Below, one piece after another: positions 9,453-18,945 of a DNA stretch of 64,000 bases. A program made the translations under genes and the position numbers. Source of the DNA: Armatimonadota bacterium (GTDB lineage Bacteria > Armatimonadota > Zipacnadia > Zipacnadales > UBA5352); NCBI GenBank assembly GCA_034722055.1, contig JAYENL010000198.1, positions 11,784-75,783 of the forward strand, written 5' to 3'. Each line of letters begins with the position of its first letter. The stretch's first letter is position 1. The notes beneath the pieces are model-generated. The model saw only the letters and a list, made by a program, of their open reading frames with translations. It searched no databases and was not told the DNA's origin.

Positions 9453-11042
9453 ATGTCCCTCACCAAGGAAGACATCATCAACGATCTGCGCGCGCTCGGC
9501 GTCGGCCCCGGCATGACCATCATGGCGCACAGCAGTCTCTCATCACTGGGCCACGTCGAGGGCGGCGCCGAGACTCTCATCGAGGCGCTCATCGAGGCCG
9601 TGGGCCCGGAGGGCACCGTCGCCATGCCCGCCATGCCCGGAAGCGGCGTCTTCGACGTCGAGACCTCTCCCTCCACAGTGGGCACCGTCACGGAGGTCTT
9701 CCGCACCTATCCCGGCGTCAAGCGCAGCTTCCACCCCTCGCACTCCGCCTGCGCCATCGGCCCCAAGGCCGACTACCTGCTCGCGGACACCCTCCAGCAG
9801 CCCACTGCTGTGGGCGTGGAGTCCCCGTGGGGCAGGCTCTCGCGGCTCTCGGAGGGATACGTGCTGCTGCTGGGCGTGGACCAGGACCGCAACACGCTGC
9901 TGCACCACCCTGAGGAGATCGTCCGCGCCCCGTACCTCTCCACGATCGAGCGGCAGTACGTGGACGAGCACGGGAACGTGCAGACCAAGACGCTGGAGCT
10001 GTTCCCCGGACCGCACCGGGACTTCATCGGCCTGGAGCCGCTGCTGCGCGAGGGCAGGGCCATGCGCATCGGCAAGGTGGGCGACGCCGTGGCCCGGCTG
10101 ATGCACGCCGGCACCACCGTGGAGATCGTGGTGGAGGCCCTTCGCGAGGACCCCGCGGCGGTGCTGTGCGATAACCCCAACTGCGACGACTGCGTTATGC
10201 AGCGGGCGAAGCTCAAGGCTCACGACCTGGCGCAGCATGACTTCACGGCCTCCGCGCTGCTGGATGAGCTGGTGGATGATCTCCGCGACGCGCGCGACGG
10301 CGGGGAGTGGGCCGGCGGCATGCAGGCTGTCTGGAATGAGGGCGTGCGCGCCGTGGAGCTGGGCGAGGCGTTGGGCGCGCAGCTCATCGAGGACCAGGAG
10401 GCGCGCCAGGGCTTCCTCGCCGACCTGGCGGAGATGGAGATGTCGGTGAGCTGCCTGCACTGCGGGCTGTCAGCGTGGGATTTCGTGGCGCAGGCGGAGT
10501 TCGTCCGGGCCCGAGTGGTGGAGGCTGGGGAGCTGGCACGAGCCATGGGGGCGCCGCTGGTGAAGGTCCCCGCGCCACCGCCCGACACCGATCCGGCTGC
10601 CGCCAGAGCTCGCCTGGGTCTGGCCTGCGAGGCCGCCGGCGATGACGTCACGGTGCTCTTCGAGAACACGCCGGGCAGCATCTGGGACACCGGCGAGGCC
10701 TGCGACGCGCCGCTGCTGGGGCTGGCCGATGACTATGACGTGGGCTTCGCCTTCAACCCGGCGCACTTCGCCAACGTCGGCGAGAAGCCGTTCCTGGGCA
10801 CCTATCGCGACACCAAGCTCAAGCGCTACACTCGCATCATCTACGCCACCGACGGCTGCGTCCCCGGCCGCCCGCAGTACACCCTGCCCCTGGAGGGCAA
10901 CGGGGAGGTCAAGGAGGTCATCTCCATCTTCCGCGCCCGCTGTTTCGACGGCTTCGTGACCCTGAAGATGGGTGACCGCCGCGGGCCCGGCGAGTTCAGG
11001 CGCCAGGCCGAGGCCTTCCGCCGCCTCCTCGAAACGAGCTGA
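9453..11042 (+). CDS. AAC(3)-family N-acetyltransferase fused to a xylose-isomerase-like TIM-barrel domain
   Basis: N-half has HSSLSSLG-VEGG, RSFHPSHS, LLGV and NTLLH; C-half has FEN, FNPAHF and GNGEVKE. Start after GGAGG at 9453. Confidence 0.8.
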   Translation: MSLTKEDIINDLRALGVGPGMTIMAHSSLSSLGHVEGGAETLIEALIEAVGPEGTVAMPAMPGSGVFDVETSPSTVGTVTEVFRTYPGVKRSFHPSHSACAIGPKADYLLADTLQQPTAVGVESPWGRLSRLSEGYVLLLGVDQDRNTLLHHPEEIVRAPYLSTIERQYVDEHGNVQTKTLELFPGPHRDFIGLEPLLREGRAMRIGKVGDAVARLMHAGTTVEIVVEALREDPAAVLCDNPNCDDCVMQRAKLKAHDLAQHDFTASALLDELVDDLRDARDGGEWAGGMQAVWNEGVRAVELGEALGAQLIEDQEARQGFLADLAEMEMSVSCLHCGLSAWDFVAQAEFVRARVVEAGELARAMGAPLVKVPAPPPDTDPAAARARLGLACEAAGDDVTVLFENTPGSIWDTGEACDAPLLGLADDYDVGFAFNPAHFANVGEKPFLGTYRDTKLKRYTRIIYATDGCVPGRPQYTLPLEGNGEVKEVISIFRARCFDGFVTLKMGDRRGPGEFRRQAEAFRRLLETS

Positions 11043-11046
11043 TCCC

Positions 11047-12669
11047 ATGCCATCAGATGACTTCGACCTCATCATCTCCGGCGGCACCATCATCGACGGC
11101 AGCGGGAGAGCCGGCTTCGAGGCCGACGTGGCCGTCAGCGACGGCCTCATCGCGGCCGTCGGCAATCTCGACCGCGCCACTGCCGGCGAGCTCATCAACG
11201 CCAGCGGCCTCACCGTCATCCCCGGGATCATCGACTGCCACGCGCACTCGGACCTCACGCTGCTGGCCGATCCCCGCGGCCAGTCGATGCTCCACCAGGG
11301 CGTCACCACGCAACTGAACGGCCAGTGCGGACTGGGCGTCTTCCCGGTGCGCCCGGAGGACCGCGAGGAGCTGGCCGGCGCCGTCTCCTTCATTACCGCG
11401 CCGGTGGAGTGGACGTGGGCGAGCGCCGAAGACTACCTAGACACGCTCGATCGCGCCCGCCCGGCCTACTCGGCGGCCACTCTCGTCGGCCACGGCGCGC
11501 TGCGCTCATACGTGCTGGGCTTCGAGAACCGCGAGCCCACGGATGATGAGCTGCGGCACATGCAGGATGTCCTGCGCGAATCGCTCGACGCCGGCTGCTT
11601 CGGCCTGTCCTTCGGCTTCGAGTACGCGCCGGGCTTCTACGCGCAGGAGCGCGAGGTCCTGGCCCTGCTGGAGGTCATCGCCGAGCGCCAGGCCCTCGTC
11701 TCGGTGCACACCCGCACCCAGCGCGAGGGCTTCGCCGACGCCGTCACGGAGATGGCTCAGTGGTGCCGGGAGGCCGGCGAGGGGATCCGGCTGCAGATCG
11801 ACCACGTCAAGCGCGCCGGCGAGAGCACCTGGGGGACCATGGGGGAGCTGCTGGCGGTGATCGAGGAGCTGCGCGAGGGCGGGCTGGACATCGCCTTCGA
11901 CCTCTACCCCTACGCCGCCGGCAGCCGGCACCTGTTCGGCTCCCTGCCCCCGTGGGTGCACGCCGGCGGCTCGGCGGCCATGCTCCAGCGCATCAGCCGG
12001 CCCGAGACGCGGCAGCGCCTGCGCGAGGAGCGACGGCAGTTCCAGCGAGGCGAGCGCGACCGCGATCCCTTCGATACCGCCTTCGACCGCATCCTGATCA
12101 CCGACGTGCGTACGGAGGACAACGCCGACGCCATTGGCCGCACGCTCCAGGAGATCATGGAGGAGCGGGGCACCGACCCCATCGACACCTTCCTGGATCT
12201 GCTCATCGAGGAGAGCGGGCACGTCAGCGCGGTGTTCTTCTCCATGGCCGAGGAGGACGTGCGCCAGGCCCTTGCCCACCCCCTGGCGTGCATCGCCACG
12301 GACGGCCTCGCGTTCGCGCCGGAGGGCCCGGCGCACCTGGGCAACCCCCACCCGCGCTCCTACGGCACCTACCCGCGGCTCTTCGGCAGGTACGTGCGCG
12401 AGGAGAGTCTGATGCCCCTGGAGGAGGCCGTACACAAGTGCACCGCCTGGCCCGCGGAGCGGATGGGCCTGACCGATCGCGGCCGTATCGCGCGGGGCCT
12501 GCGCGCGGACCTGGTGCTCTTCGCCCACCACCGGATCATCGACACCGCCACGTGGGAGGAGCCGCACCAGTTCCCGCGCGGCATCGAGTTCGTCATCGTC
12601 GGCGGCAAGATAGCCGTCGAGCAGGGCCGGCAGAGCACTGAGCGCTACGGAGCCGCGCTGCGGGTGTAG
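11047..12669 (+). CDS. N-acyl-D-amino-acid deacylase (D-aminoacylase, amidohydrolase)
   Basis: IDGSG, PGIIDCHAHSD, GQCG, YPY, ATDG and HPRSYGTYPR motifs. Confidence 0.9.
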   Translation: MPSDDFDLIISGGTIIDGSGRAGFEADVAVSDGLIAAVGNLDRATAGELINASGLTVIPGIIDCHAHSDLTLLADPRGQSMLHQGVTTQLNGQCGLGVFPVRPEDREELAGAVSFITAPVEWTWASAEDYLDTLDRARPAYSAATLVGHGALRSYVLGFENREPTDDELRHMQDVLRESLDAGCFGLSFGFEYAPGFYAQEREVLALLEVIAERQALVSVHTRTQREGFADAVTEMAQWCREAGEGIRLQIDHVKRAGESTWGTMGELLAVIEELREGGLDIAFDLYPYAAGSRHLFGSLPPWVHAGGSAAMLQRISRPETRQRLREERRQFQRGERDRDPFDTAFDRILITDVRTEDNADAIGRTLQEIMEERGTDPIDTFLDLLIEESGHVSAVFFSMAEEDVRQALAHPLACIATDGLAFAPEGPAHLGNPHPRSYGTYPRLFGRYVREESLMPLEEAVHKCTAWPAERMGLTDRGRIARGLRADLVLFAHHRIIDTATWEEPHQFPRGIEFVIVGGKIAVEQGRQSTERYGAALRV

Positions 12670-12778
12670 GGCAAGGGCGCGTGGAGGTGCCGGCGAGTCG
12701 CTTCTCGTCAGGACGGGCTCACGTTCTGGGACCTCCCTTTATCCACAAACCGGGACGGCTGGCGCCATGTCGTTCGTC

Positions 12779-12936
12779 GTTGGAGGGGCCGTCCTGAGGC
12801 TCCAGCGTCCTGTGCTGGAGCCGCAGCCGGCGGGGCCGTTCCGTTCGGGGCAGGGTACGGCGACGCTTTCCCGTGGGGCCGCGGGCCGGCTTCGTCGCGC
12901 ATAAACAGCATGCGCTCCTCAGGCGGCCTCTCCTAC
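12779..12936. repeat. Intergenic inverted-repeat element, family 1 (copy A)
   Basis: GTTGGAGGGGCCGTCCTGAGG ... CCTCAGGCGGCCTCTCCTAC termini shared with the copies at 15279 and 16865. Confidence 0.75.
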
Positions 12937-12977
12937 GGCAAACGGTCCTCGCGCAACGTGTGGGCAAAGCCGAGGTC

Positions 12978-13047
12978 GTGAGGAGGGGCCGCCCCGAAGC
13001 GAAGCGAGGGGTGAGGCGCGTCAGCGCCTCAGGTTCCACCCCGGCCC
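12978..13047. repeat. Half copy of intergenic inverted-repeat family 2
   Basis: GGAGGGGCCGCC...GTGAGGCGCG...AGGTTCCACCCCGGCCC matches the copies at 14045, 18619 and 22570. Confidence 0.7.
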
Positions 13048-13168
13048 ATGTCGTGCGCGGCGAACGGCAAGCGAGCACCTGCAACGACAACGACCGGGAG
13101 GGTGCGTAGACCCTCCCCTCCAGACGGCTGGGCAACGACGACGACGGCGCGTGGAGAGGTGAGCGAGG

Positions 13169-13954
13169 ATGATCCACATCGGGACATCGGGCTTCTCCTA
13201 CGACGATTGGGTCGGACCCTTCTATCCGGAGGGCACCGACAAGGGCGACCTTCTGGACTACTACGCGCAGCATTTCGACTGCAACGAGGTCAACTACACC
13301 TACTATCGGATGCCGAATGGAGGCACCCTGGCGGCCATGTCCGCCAAGACCGGCCCGGACTTCCGCTTCGTCATCAAGGCCAACCGCACGATGACGCACG
13401 AGCGCGAAGAGGCAGATGAGGCCACCTTCCAGGAGTTCATCGCGGCGCTTGATCCGCTGCGGGAGCAGAGCAAGTTCGGCTGCGTGCTGGCGCAGTTCCC
13501 CAACTCCTTCAAGTGCACCAAGCAGAACGTGAGCTACCTGCGCAGGTTCCGGGAGCTTATGCCCGGGGTGCCGGTGGTGTTGGAGTTCCGCAACCGCGGC
13601 TGGATCCGGGACGAGCTGTGGGAGTTCCTGCGCGAGCACGACTTCGGCTATTGCTGCGTGGATCAGCCGCAGTTCAGCAGCCTCATCCCGCCCATCGCGG
13701 AGGCCACCTCCAACATCGCCTACGTGCGCTTTCACGGCCGCAACTACGACAAGTGGTGGCAGCACGACGAGGCCTGGGAGCGCTACGACTACCTCTACTC
13801 GGAGGAGGAGCTTCGCGAGTGGGTGCCCAAGGTCCAGTCGCTGACCGAGCAGGCCGAGGACACCTACCTGTTCTTCAACAACCACTACCACGCGCAGGCG
13901 GTCCAGAACGCCATGCAGTTCGCGGAGATGCTCGAGGACGCGGACGTGAGCTAA
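13169..13954 (+). CDS. DUF72 domain-containing protein
   Basis: IGTSGFSYDDW, EVNYTYY, LAQFP, VLEFRN, YVRFHGRN, YLYSEEEL and FFNN motifs. Confidence 0.92.
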   Translation: MIHIGTSGFSYDDWVGPFYPEGTDKGDLLDYYAQHFDCNEVNYTYYRMPNGGTLAAMSAKTGPDFRFVIKANRTMTHEREEADEATFQEFIAALDPLREQSKFGCVLAQFPNSFKCTKQNVSYLRRFRELMPGVPVVLEFRNRGWIRDELWEFLREHDFGYCCVDQPQFSSLIPPIAEATSNIAYVRFHGRNYDKWWQHDEAWERYDYLYSEEELREWVPKVQSLTEQAEDTYLFFNNHYHAQAVQNAMQFAEMLEDADVS

Positions 13955-14040
13955 GGGACGGGGCGGTTGCCGTGCCGAGCGGCCGCCTGGGCCCCGTGCG
14001 CCTAAGCAACGGGGCGAAATCGGGCCCGCCGTTTGCCGTC

Positions 14041-14232
14041 CGTCGTACGGAGGGGCCGCCCGGAACGTAGTGAGGGGTGAGGCGCGCCAGCGCCGAAGGT
14101 TCCATCCCGGCCCGGCCGTTCGTCGTCCACTCTTCAGGCGCCACGGCGGGCCGGCATGGAAGCTGAGGTGCCTGCTCGCTGCCGCTCGTGGGCACCTCAC
14201 CGCGCTGCGCGCGGCGGCCCCTCCGTACGACG
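14041..14232. repeat. Intergenic inverted-repeat element, family 2 (MITE/REP-like)
   Basis: Perfect 20-bp terminal inverted repeat CGTCGTACGGAGGGGCCGCC (14041-14060 / 14213-14232). Confidence 0.8.
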
Positions 14233-14298
14233 TAAGGCAACGACCTGCGGGCACCGCGCGCGCAATCCCGCAACCGAGCACTGTCACTGGAGGCCCGC

Positions 14299-15228
14299 AT
14301 GAGGATACTCGTCACCGGCGGGGCCGGCTTCATCGGCTCCAACATCGTCGATCGCCACATCGCGGACGGGCACCAGGTGTCCGTGGTGGACAACCTGGCC
14401 ACAGGGCGGCGGAGCAATCTCAACCCGCAGGCCAGCTTCCACGAGGTTTCCATCACCGACGCGGAGGCGCTGGCGGAGGTGATGGCGGAGGAGGAGCCGG
14501 AGGTCGTCAACCACCATGCGGCCCAGATGGACGTGCGCCGCTCAGTGAGCGAGCCGCAGTTCGACGCCGACACCAACATCATCGGGACGCTGAACGTGAT
14601 CGAGACCGCCCGCGCCGCCGGGGCGCGCAAGTTCATCTTCTCATCATCGGGTGGCGCCATCTACGGCGAGGCGGACGAGATCCCCACGCCCGAGGACGCG
14701 CCGCTGCAGCCCATCTCCCATTACGGCGCCTCGAAGCTGGCCGGTGAGGTCTACTTCCAGCTCTACGGCCGCCTCTACGGGTGCGACTGCACCATCCTGC
14801 GCTACGCCAACGTCTACGGCCCGCGCCAGAACCCGCACGGCGAGGCCGGCGTCAACGCCATCTTCGCGAACATGATGCTCCGCGGCGAGCGCCCCACCAT
14901 CTTCGGCGCGGGCGACAAGACCCGCGACTACGTCTACGTGGGCGACGTGGTGGAGGCCAACGTCCTGGCGCTGGAGCACGGCGGGGGCGAGGTCCTCAAC
15001 ATCGGCACCGGCGTGCAGACCACCGACCAGGAGGTCTACGACGCCGTGGCGGCGGCGGTGGGCTTCGACGAGCCGCCCATCTACGGCGATGAGCGCCCCG
15101 GCGACGTCCGCCACTCCTGCGTCGATCCCTCACGCGCGAAGGACGTGCTCGGCTGGGAGCCGACAGTCGCGTTCCGCGAGGGCGTCCGCCGGACGGTGCA
15201 GTACCAGCGGGAGCACGAGGTAGGGTAG
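14299..15228 (+). CDS. NAD-dependent epimerase/dehydratase (UDP-glucose 4-epimerase-like)
   Basis: VTGGAGFIGS, SSGGAIYG, YGASK, LRYANVYGPRQ and RDYVYVGDV motifs. Confidence 0.92.
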   Translation: MRILVTGGAGFIGSNIVDRHIADGHQVSVVDNLATGRRSNLNPQASFHEVSITDAEALAEVMAEEEPEVVNHHAAQMDVRRSVSEPQFDADTNIIGTLNVIETARAAGARKFIFSSSGGAIYGEADEIPTPEDAPLQPISHYGASKLAGEVYFQLYGRLYGCDCTILRYANVYGPRQNPHGEAGVNAIFANMMLRGERPTIFGAGDKTRDYVYVGDVVEANVLALEHGGGEVLNIGTGVQTTDQEVYDAVAAAVGFDEPPIYGDERPGDVRHSCVDPSRAKDVLGWEPTVAFREGVRRTVQYQREHEVG

Positions 15229-15278
15229 AACGATCGCACCGGACACCCGTCCTCGCCGAACGGTGCATGTCCTTGTCC

Positions 15279-15401
15279 GTGGGAGGGGCCGTCCTGAGGA
15301 GGGCTGTGAAGCCCGACGAAGTCGGCCCACTCCCCGGCCATCAACTGCCGGGCCGACTTCGCGCGACTGCAAGGCAGTCGCCCTCAGGCGGCCCCTCCAA
15401 C
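15279..15401. repeat. Intergenic inverted-repeat element, family 1 (copy B)
   Basis: GGGAGGGGCCGTCCTGAGG...CCTCAGGCGGCCCCTCCAAC termini; internal stem CGAAGTCGGCCC/GGGCCGACTTCG. Confidence 0.8.
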
Positions 15402-15819
15402 ACCTCGAAGGCGCGATGCGTTCAGACACGCCAACGCCGTGTCTTTAGCCGCCGTCTTTGCCGTCCGGAGCGGCGGCGCCTTTGGACCCGCCGGCCGATT
15501 GTCGTCAGCCGTTGTCGTTGTGGCCCCGATGCCCCGCCGGCGTGCCGTGCCGTACGGAGGTCGGGCGTGCCTACGCCCGGCGCGGGCCGAAAGGCCCGCA
15601 CTTGCACCCCGTCACTCCGGCAACGTCACCGAAGCTCCTTCGCCGAACTGCAGGGCACCGGCGTCGGGGGCGGGGCCGCTGAAATACCCCGCCTCCATGC
15701 CCGGCAGGCCCTCGTGCGTGCGGCCCATCACCTGGGAAGGCCCCACACCTCCATCGCGCTCTTGTCGTCGCCGTCGCCGTTGCTTGCAGCTTGAGGCTTG
15801 CAGCTTGCGGCTTGAGAAG

Positions 15820-16761
15820 CTACTCCATCAGCTCCTCGCACAGACACGAGACCACCATCATGCAGGTGTCGATGATCTGCTCGTGCGACCAGGCGGCATC
15901 GGAGTCCAGGACCCCCTGCGGGCTCTCATACAGCAGCGGCACCGAGCCGCCGAAGTGGTGGTAGAGGCAGGTGGAGAGCCGGTCCGACGTGGGGAAGCTC
16001 TCGTTGAAGGGGATGTCCTCAGTGCGAGCGCGCTCCAGGATCCGCTCGCAGAGGCCCTGCTGGCGCTGGCGGATGTCCTCCGGCAGGCCCGCGTCGGGCC
16101 GGATGAGCATGGGGAGCGCGGCGTGGGCGTGAAACTCCAACACCACGTCGGGCTCATGATCGGCCATGAAGTCCATCAGGGCGCGGATCTCGGGGCTGCG
16201 GATGTTCTCCGGGTCGGTCTCCCGGTTGACGTGCTGGCCGTCGTCGTTGAACAGCCCGCCCAGGATCATCATCTCGTCGGGATCGCAGTCCTCGTCGCCT
16301 GGCTCGTGCCGCTCGCCCTCCAGGGTCATGCCGGCGTCGTAGTGCAGGATATCCTGGCGCGCCAGGCCCACGAAGGAGTTGGGCATCCGGGCCCGCGCAT
16401 CGGGGTTGAGCAGCGGCACGATCACGTAGTTGAGGTCATCGACGATCTGCGGCCAGGAGGTGCCCTTCAGGTCCCGGCCGTAGCCCAGCACTGTGATGAC
16501 ATTCAGGCACGCTGCGGCGCCCTGGGGCTCGTGTCCGTGCATGCCTCCCACCAGCGCCAGCGTCGGGGCGCCGGTGCGCCCGCGGTAGGTCACGCCGTGG
16601 ATGGCTCGGCCTCCGGCGGAGGTGCCGATGTGCTCCACCTGGCAGTGCACGGCACCGGACAGAATGCGGTCGAAGCGGTCGAAGGTCGCCGGCCAGAACT
16701 CCGGCGTCGAGATCAGCGGCGGCAGGCGACGGATCAGCATGGGGTCCATCATCGTCGTCAT
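15820..16761 (-). CDS. M14-family zinc carboxypeptidase/deacylase-like protein
   Basis: GGMHGHE (HxxE), PLLNPD, VNR, PEIRAL and EFH motifs. Confidence 0.8.
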   Translation of the reverse strand: MTTMMDPMLIRRLPPLISTPEFWPATFDRFDRILSGAVHCQVEHIGTSAGGRAIHGVTYRGRTGAPTLALVGGMHGHEPQGAAACLNVITVLGYGRDLKGTSWPQIVDDLNYVIVPLLNPDARARMPNSFVGLARQDILHYDAGMTLEGERHEPGDEDCDPDEMMILGGLFNDDGQHVNRETDPENIRSPEIRALMDFMADHEPDVVLEFHAHAALPMLIRPDAGLPEDIRQRQQGLCERILERARTEDIPFNESFPTSDRLSTCLYHHFGGSVPLLYESPQGVLDSDAAWSHEQIIDTCMMVVSCLCEELME

Positions 16762-16864
16762 CCTCCTTGGCCCAGGCGCCGCTCGGGCTCAGTCGAGTGC
16801 GTTGGATGCTGAGTGCCCAGGGCTCACGTATCACCCCACGTGACGTCGAGACGGCCGTTCCCCC

Positions 16865-16986
16865 GTGGAGGGGCCGTCCTGAGGCCGGTTGCCTGAGCAA
16901 CCAGCCGAAGCCGGCCCCTGTGGTTGTCCGCAGCCCGCGGGCTGACTTCGCGCGCCCTCTGTGGCGCGCTCAGGCAGCCCCTCCAC
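16865..16986. repeat. Intergenic inverted-repeat element, family 1 (copy C)
   Basis: GTGGAGGGGCCGTCCTGAGG...CTCAGGCAGCCCCTCCAC termini; internal stem CGAAGCCGGCCC/GGGCTGACTTCG. Confidence 0.8.
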
Positions 16987-17028
16987 CGGAATCGCACAGT
17001 GTCTTCGGGCACACTTCACGACGCGAGC

Positions 17029-18522
17029 TCAATCCTGCACCAGTCGTATCTCGTCTGACGTGATCGTTGACTTGTCGATGGTGAACTCCGCGTCCGGCGG
17101 GATGGGAGGGTGCGGGCCTCCCTTGACGTAGACCGGCGGCTCCTCCTCGAGCGTGATGCCCTGCGCCACAAGTCTGGCCCGCAGAGCCTGTGCGTCCACC
17201 TCGCGCGGCGTGACTTCCTCCTGCACCGCGAGCGCCGCCGCAGTCCCCGCCGCCTGGCCCATGGTCATGCACGTCAGTATCAGCCTCGCGCCGGACTGGG
17301 CCTCGAAGGTCGCGGAGAGGCAGCGTCCCGCCACCAGCAGGTTCTCCACCTCGAGCGGCAGCAGGCAGCGATACGGGATCTCATAGTACTGTCCGGGCTT
17401 GACGTAGGCATCGTAGCCGCCCCTCTCCACGTTGGGCACGCAGAACGCGGCCTCGCAGGGCTCCTCGAGGTGGACGTGTTTGATGTGAGGCAAGTCGGTG
17501 GGATTGTGTATGTCAAAGCCGTGCGTGTCTCTGGCGATCGCGTCCGGGAACTTCCTGGCGCAGGCCACGTCCTCCCCGGTCAGGACGTACTCGCCGATGA
17601 TCCGCCGGGAGTCCCTCACGCCCAGCAGCGGGGCGCTGTCGATGAGCCAGCAGTCCTCGAAGCCGGGAACGTAGCGGCGGTAGAACTCCACCATCTCCTT
17701 GATCTGCTGCCGCTGCTCGAAGGCCGTCGCGCTGAGGTCCTCGGCATCGGTCGTCCTGCAATGCCGCCTGTGGGCGGTGCACACGTAGACCTCGCCGTGC
17801 TCCGGGTCTCGCCCGGGCAACTGGCCGATGTAGCCCGTCTCCACGAGCTGCGAGAGCACGCCATCATCCACCGCCCTGTGAGCGACGGACTGCATGAACG
17901 CGTGCGTCTGTTTCACCGCCTGGTGGAAGCGCGGCAGGTTCACATTCCCCAGCCTGAAGTCGAGCGAGACGGCCTGATTGTAGCCCTCGGCCTGATCCCA
18001 GCCCGTCTCGAAGGGCGCTCCCGCATATGCCGCCACGTCAGCGTCCCCGGAGCAATCAACCACGGTCCCGGCCAGAACGGCCTGCGTTCCGGACTTGTTG
18101 TGCACGATGACGCCCTCGATGGCCCCCTCCCTGACGATGCTGTCCACTGCGGAGGTGCCATAGAAGATATCCGCTCCAGCCTCCTGGACCATCTCCTCGA
18201 GCACGCGCTTGCACTTCTCCGGGTCACACCTGCGCCTCTCAACGGCCTGCTCCGCCTCCAGCCCGTCGAGCAGCTCCTGGCCGGTCCCCTCAGGATATCC
18301 CGCAACGTAATCCACCAGCCCAAGCGTCACCAGCCCGCCGAGGGCCCACTGCTGCTCCACCAGCAGCGTATCCATGCCGTTGCGCGCCGCGCACACGGCC
18401 GCACCCACACCCGCCACGCCCCCACCAGCAACCAGAACGTCAACCTGCCTCGTCACCGGAACCTCTTTCGTCCATTGCACCGCGTCATCGCTGACCTGCA
18501 CGGTGAATCTCCTTTCCGTCAT
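17029..18522 (-). CDS. FAD-dependent oxidoreductase
   Basis: DVLVAGGGVAG, VDCSGDADVA, GVRDSRRI, IPYRCL, LLVAGRC and GQAAG motifs; start placed at ATG 18522. Confidence 0.9.
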   Translation of the reverse strand: MTERRFTVQVSDDAVQWTKEVPVTRQVDVLVAGGGVAGVGAAVCAARNGMDTLLVEQQWALGGLVTLGLVDYVAGYPEGTGQELLDGLEAEQAVERRRCDPEKCKRVLEEMVQEAGADIFYGTSAVDSIVREGAIEGVIVHNKSGTQAVLAGTVVDCSGDADVAAYAGAPFETGWDQAEGYNQAVSLDFRLGNVNLPRFHQAVKQTHAFMQSVAHRAVDDGVLSQLVETGYIGQLPGRDPEHGEVYVCTAHRRHCRTTDAEDLSATAFEQRQQIKEMVEFYRRYVPGFEDCWLIDSAPLLGVRDSRRIIGEYVLTGEDVACARKFPDAIARDTHGFDIHNPTDLPHIKHVHLEEPCEAAFCVPNVERGGYDAYVKPGQYYEIPYRCLLPLEVENLLVAGRCLSATFEAQSGARLILTCMTMGQAAGTAAALAVQEEVTPREVDAQALRARLVAQGITLEEEPPVYVKGGPHPPIPPDAEFTIDKSTITSDEIRLVQD

Positions 18523-18618
18523 GCGGCTTCCATCACAGGTCGAGAGAACCTCGTCTGGGCGTTCACTGGCAGGAATCCGCGCGTTGCCCGGCGTCACGAC
18601 AACACGTCTGCTGTCACC

Positions 18619-18792
18619 GTGGAGGGGCCGCCGCGAGCAAAGCGAGCGGTGAGCGGTGCGTTTTTGGAGCGCGTCGCTCAGGTTCCACCCCGGCCCATTG
18701 ACGCATAGGGACCTGGGCCGGGGTGGAACCTTCGGCCTCTTCGCTACGCTCACAGGCCTCACCAGGCGCTTCGCGCGCGGCGGCCCCTCCAC
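18619..18792. repeat. Intergenic inverted-repeat element, family 2 (full copy)
   Basis: 17-bp terminal IR GTGGAGGGGCCGCCGCG plus 17-bp inner IR AGGTTCCACCCCGGCCC (18680-18696 / 18715-18731). Confidence 0.8.
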
Positions 18793-18945
18793 CTGAATGC
18801 TGAAGATCCTCACCACGACCAAGCGGACCCACGGCACCGATCATCAACATCCGCCTACTTCCGCAGATCACCACGCGAGTGCCCACTCAACCGCTGCTCC
18901 CTCCACGTTCCGCTCATGCCCTCTGCGAGCTGCACACCGCGCCGG

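Noticed and set aside
9453..10210. Aminoglycoside resistance gene
   Set aside because: Family-level similarity only; it is fused and chromosomal in a catabolic context with no mobility signs.
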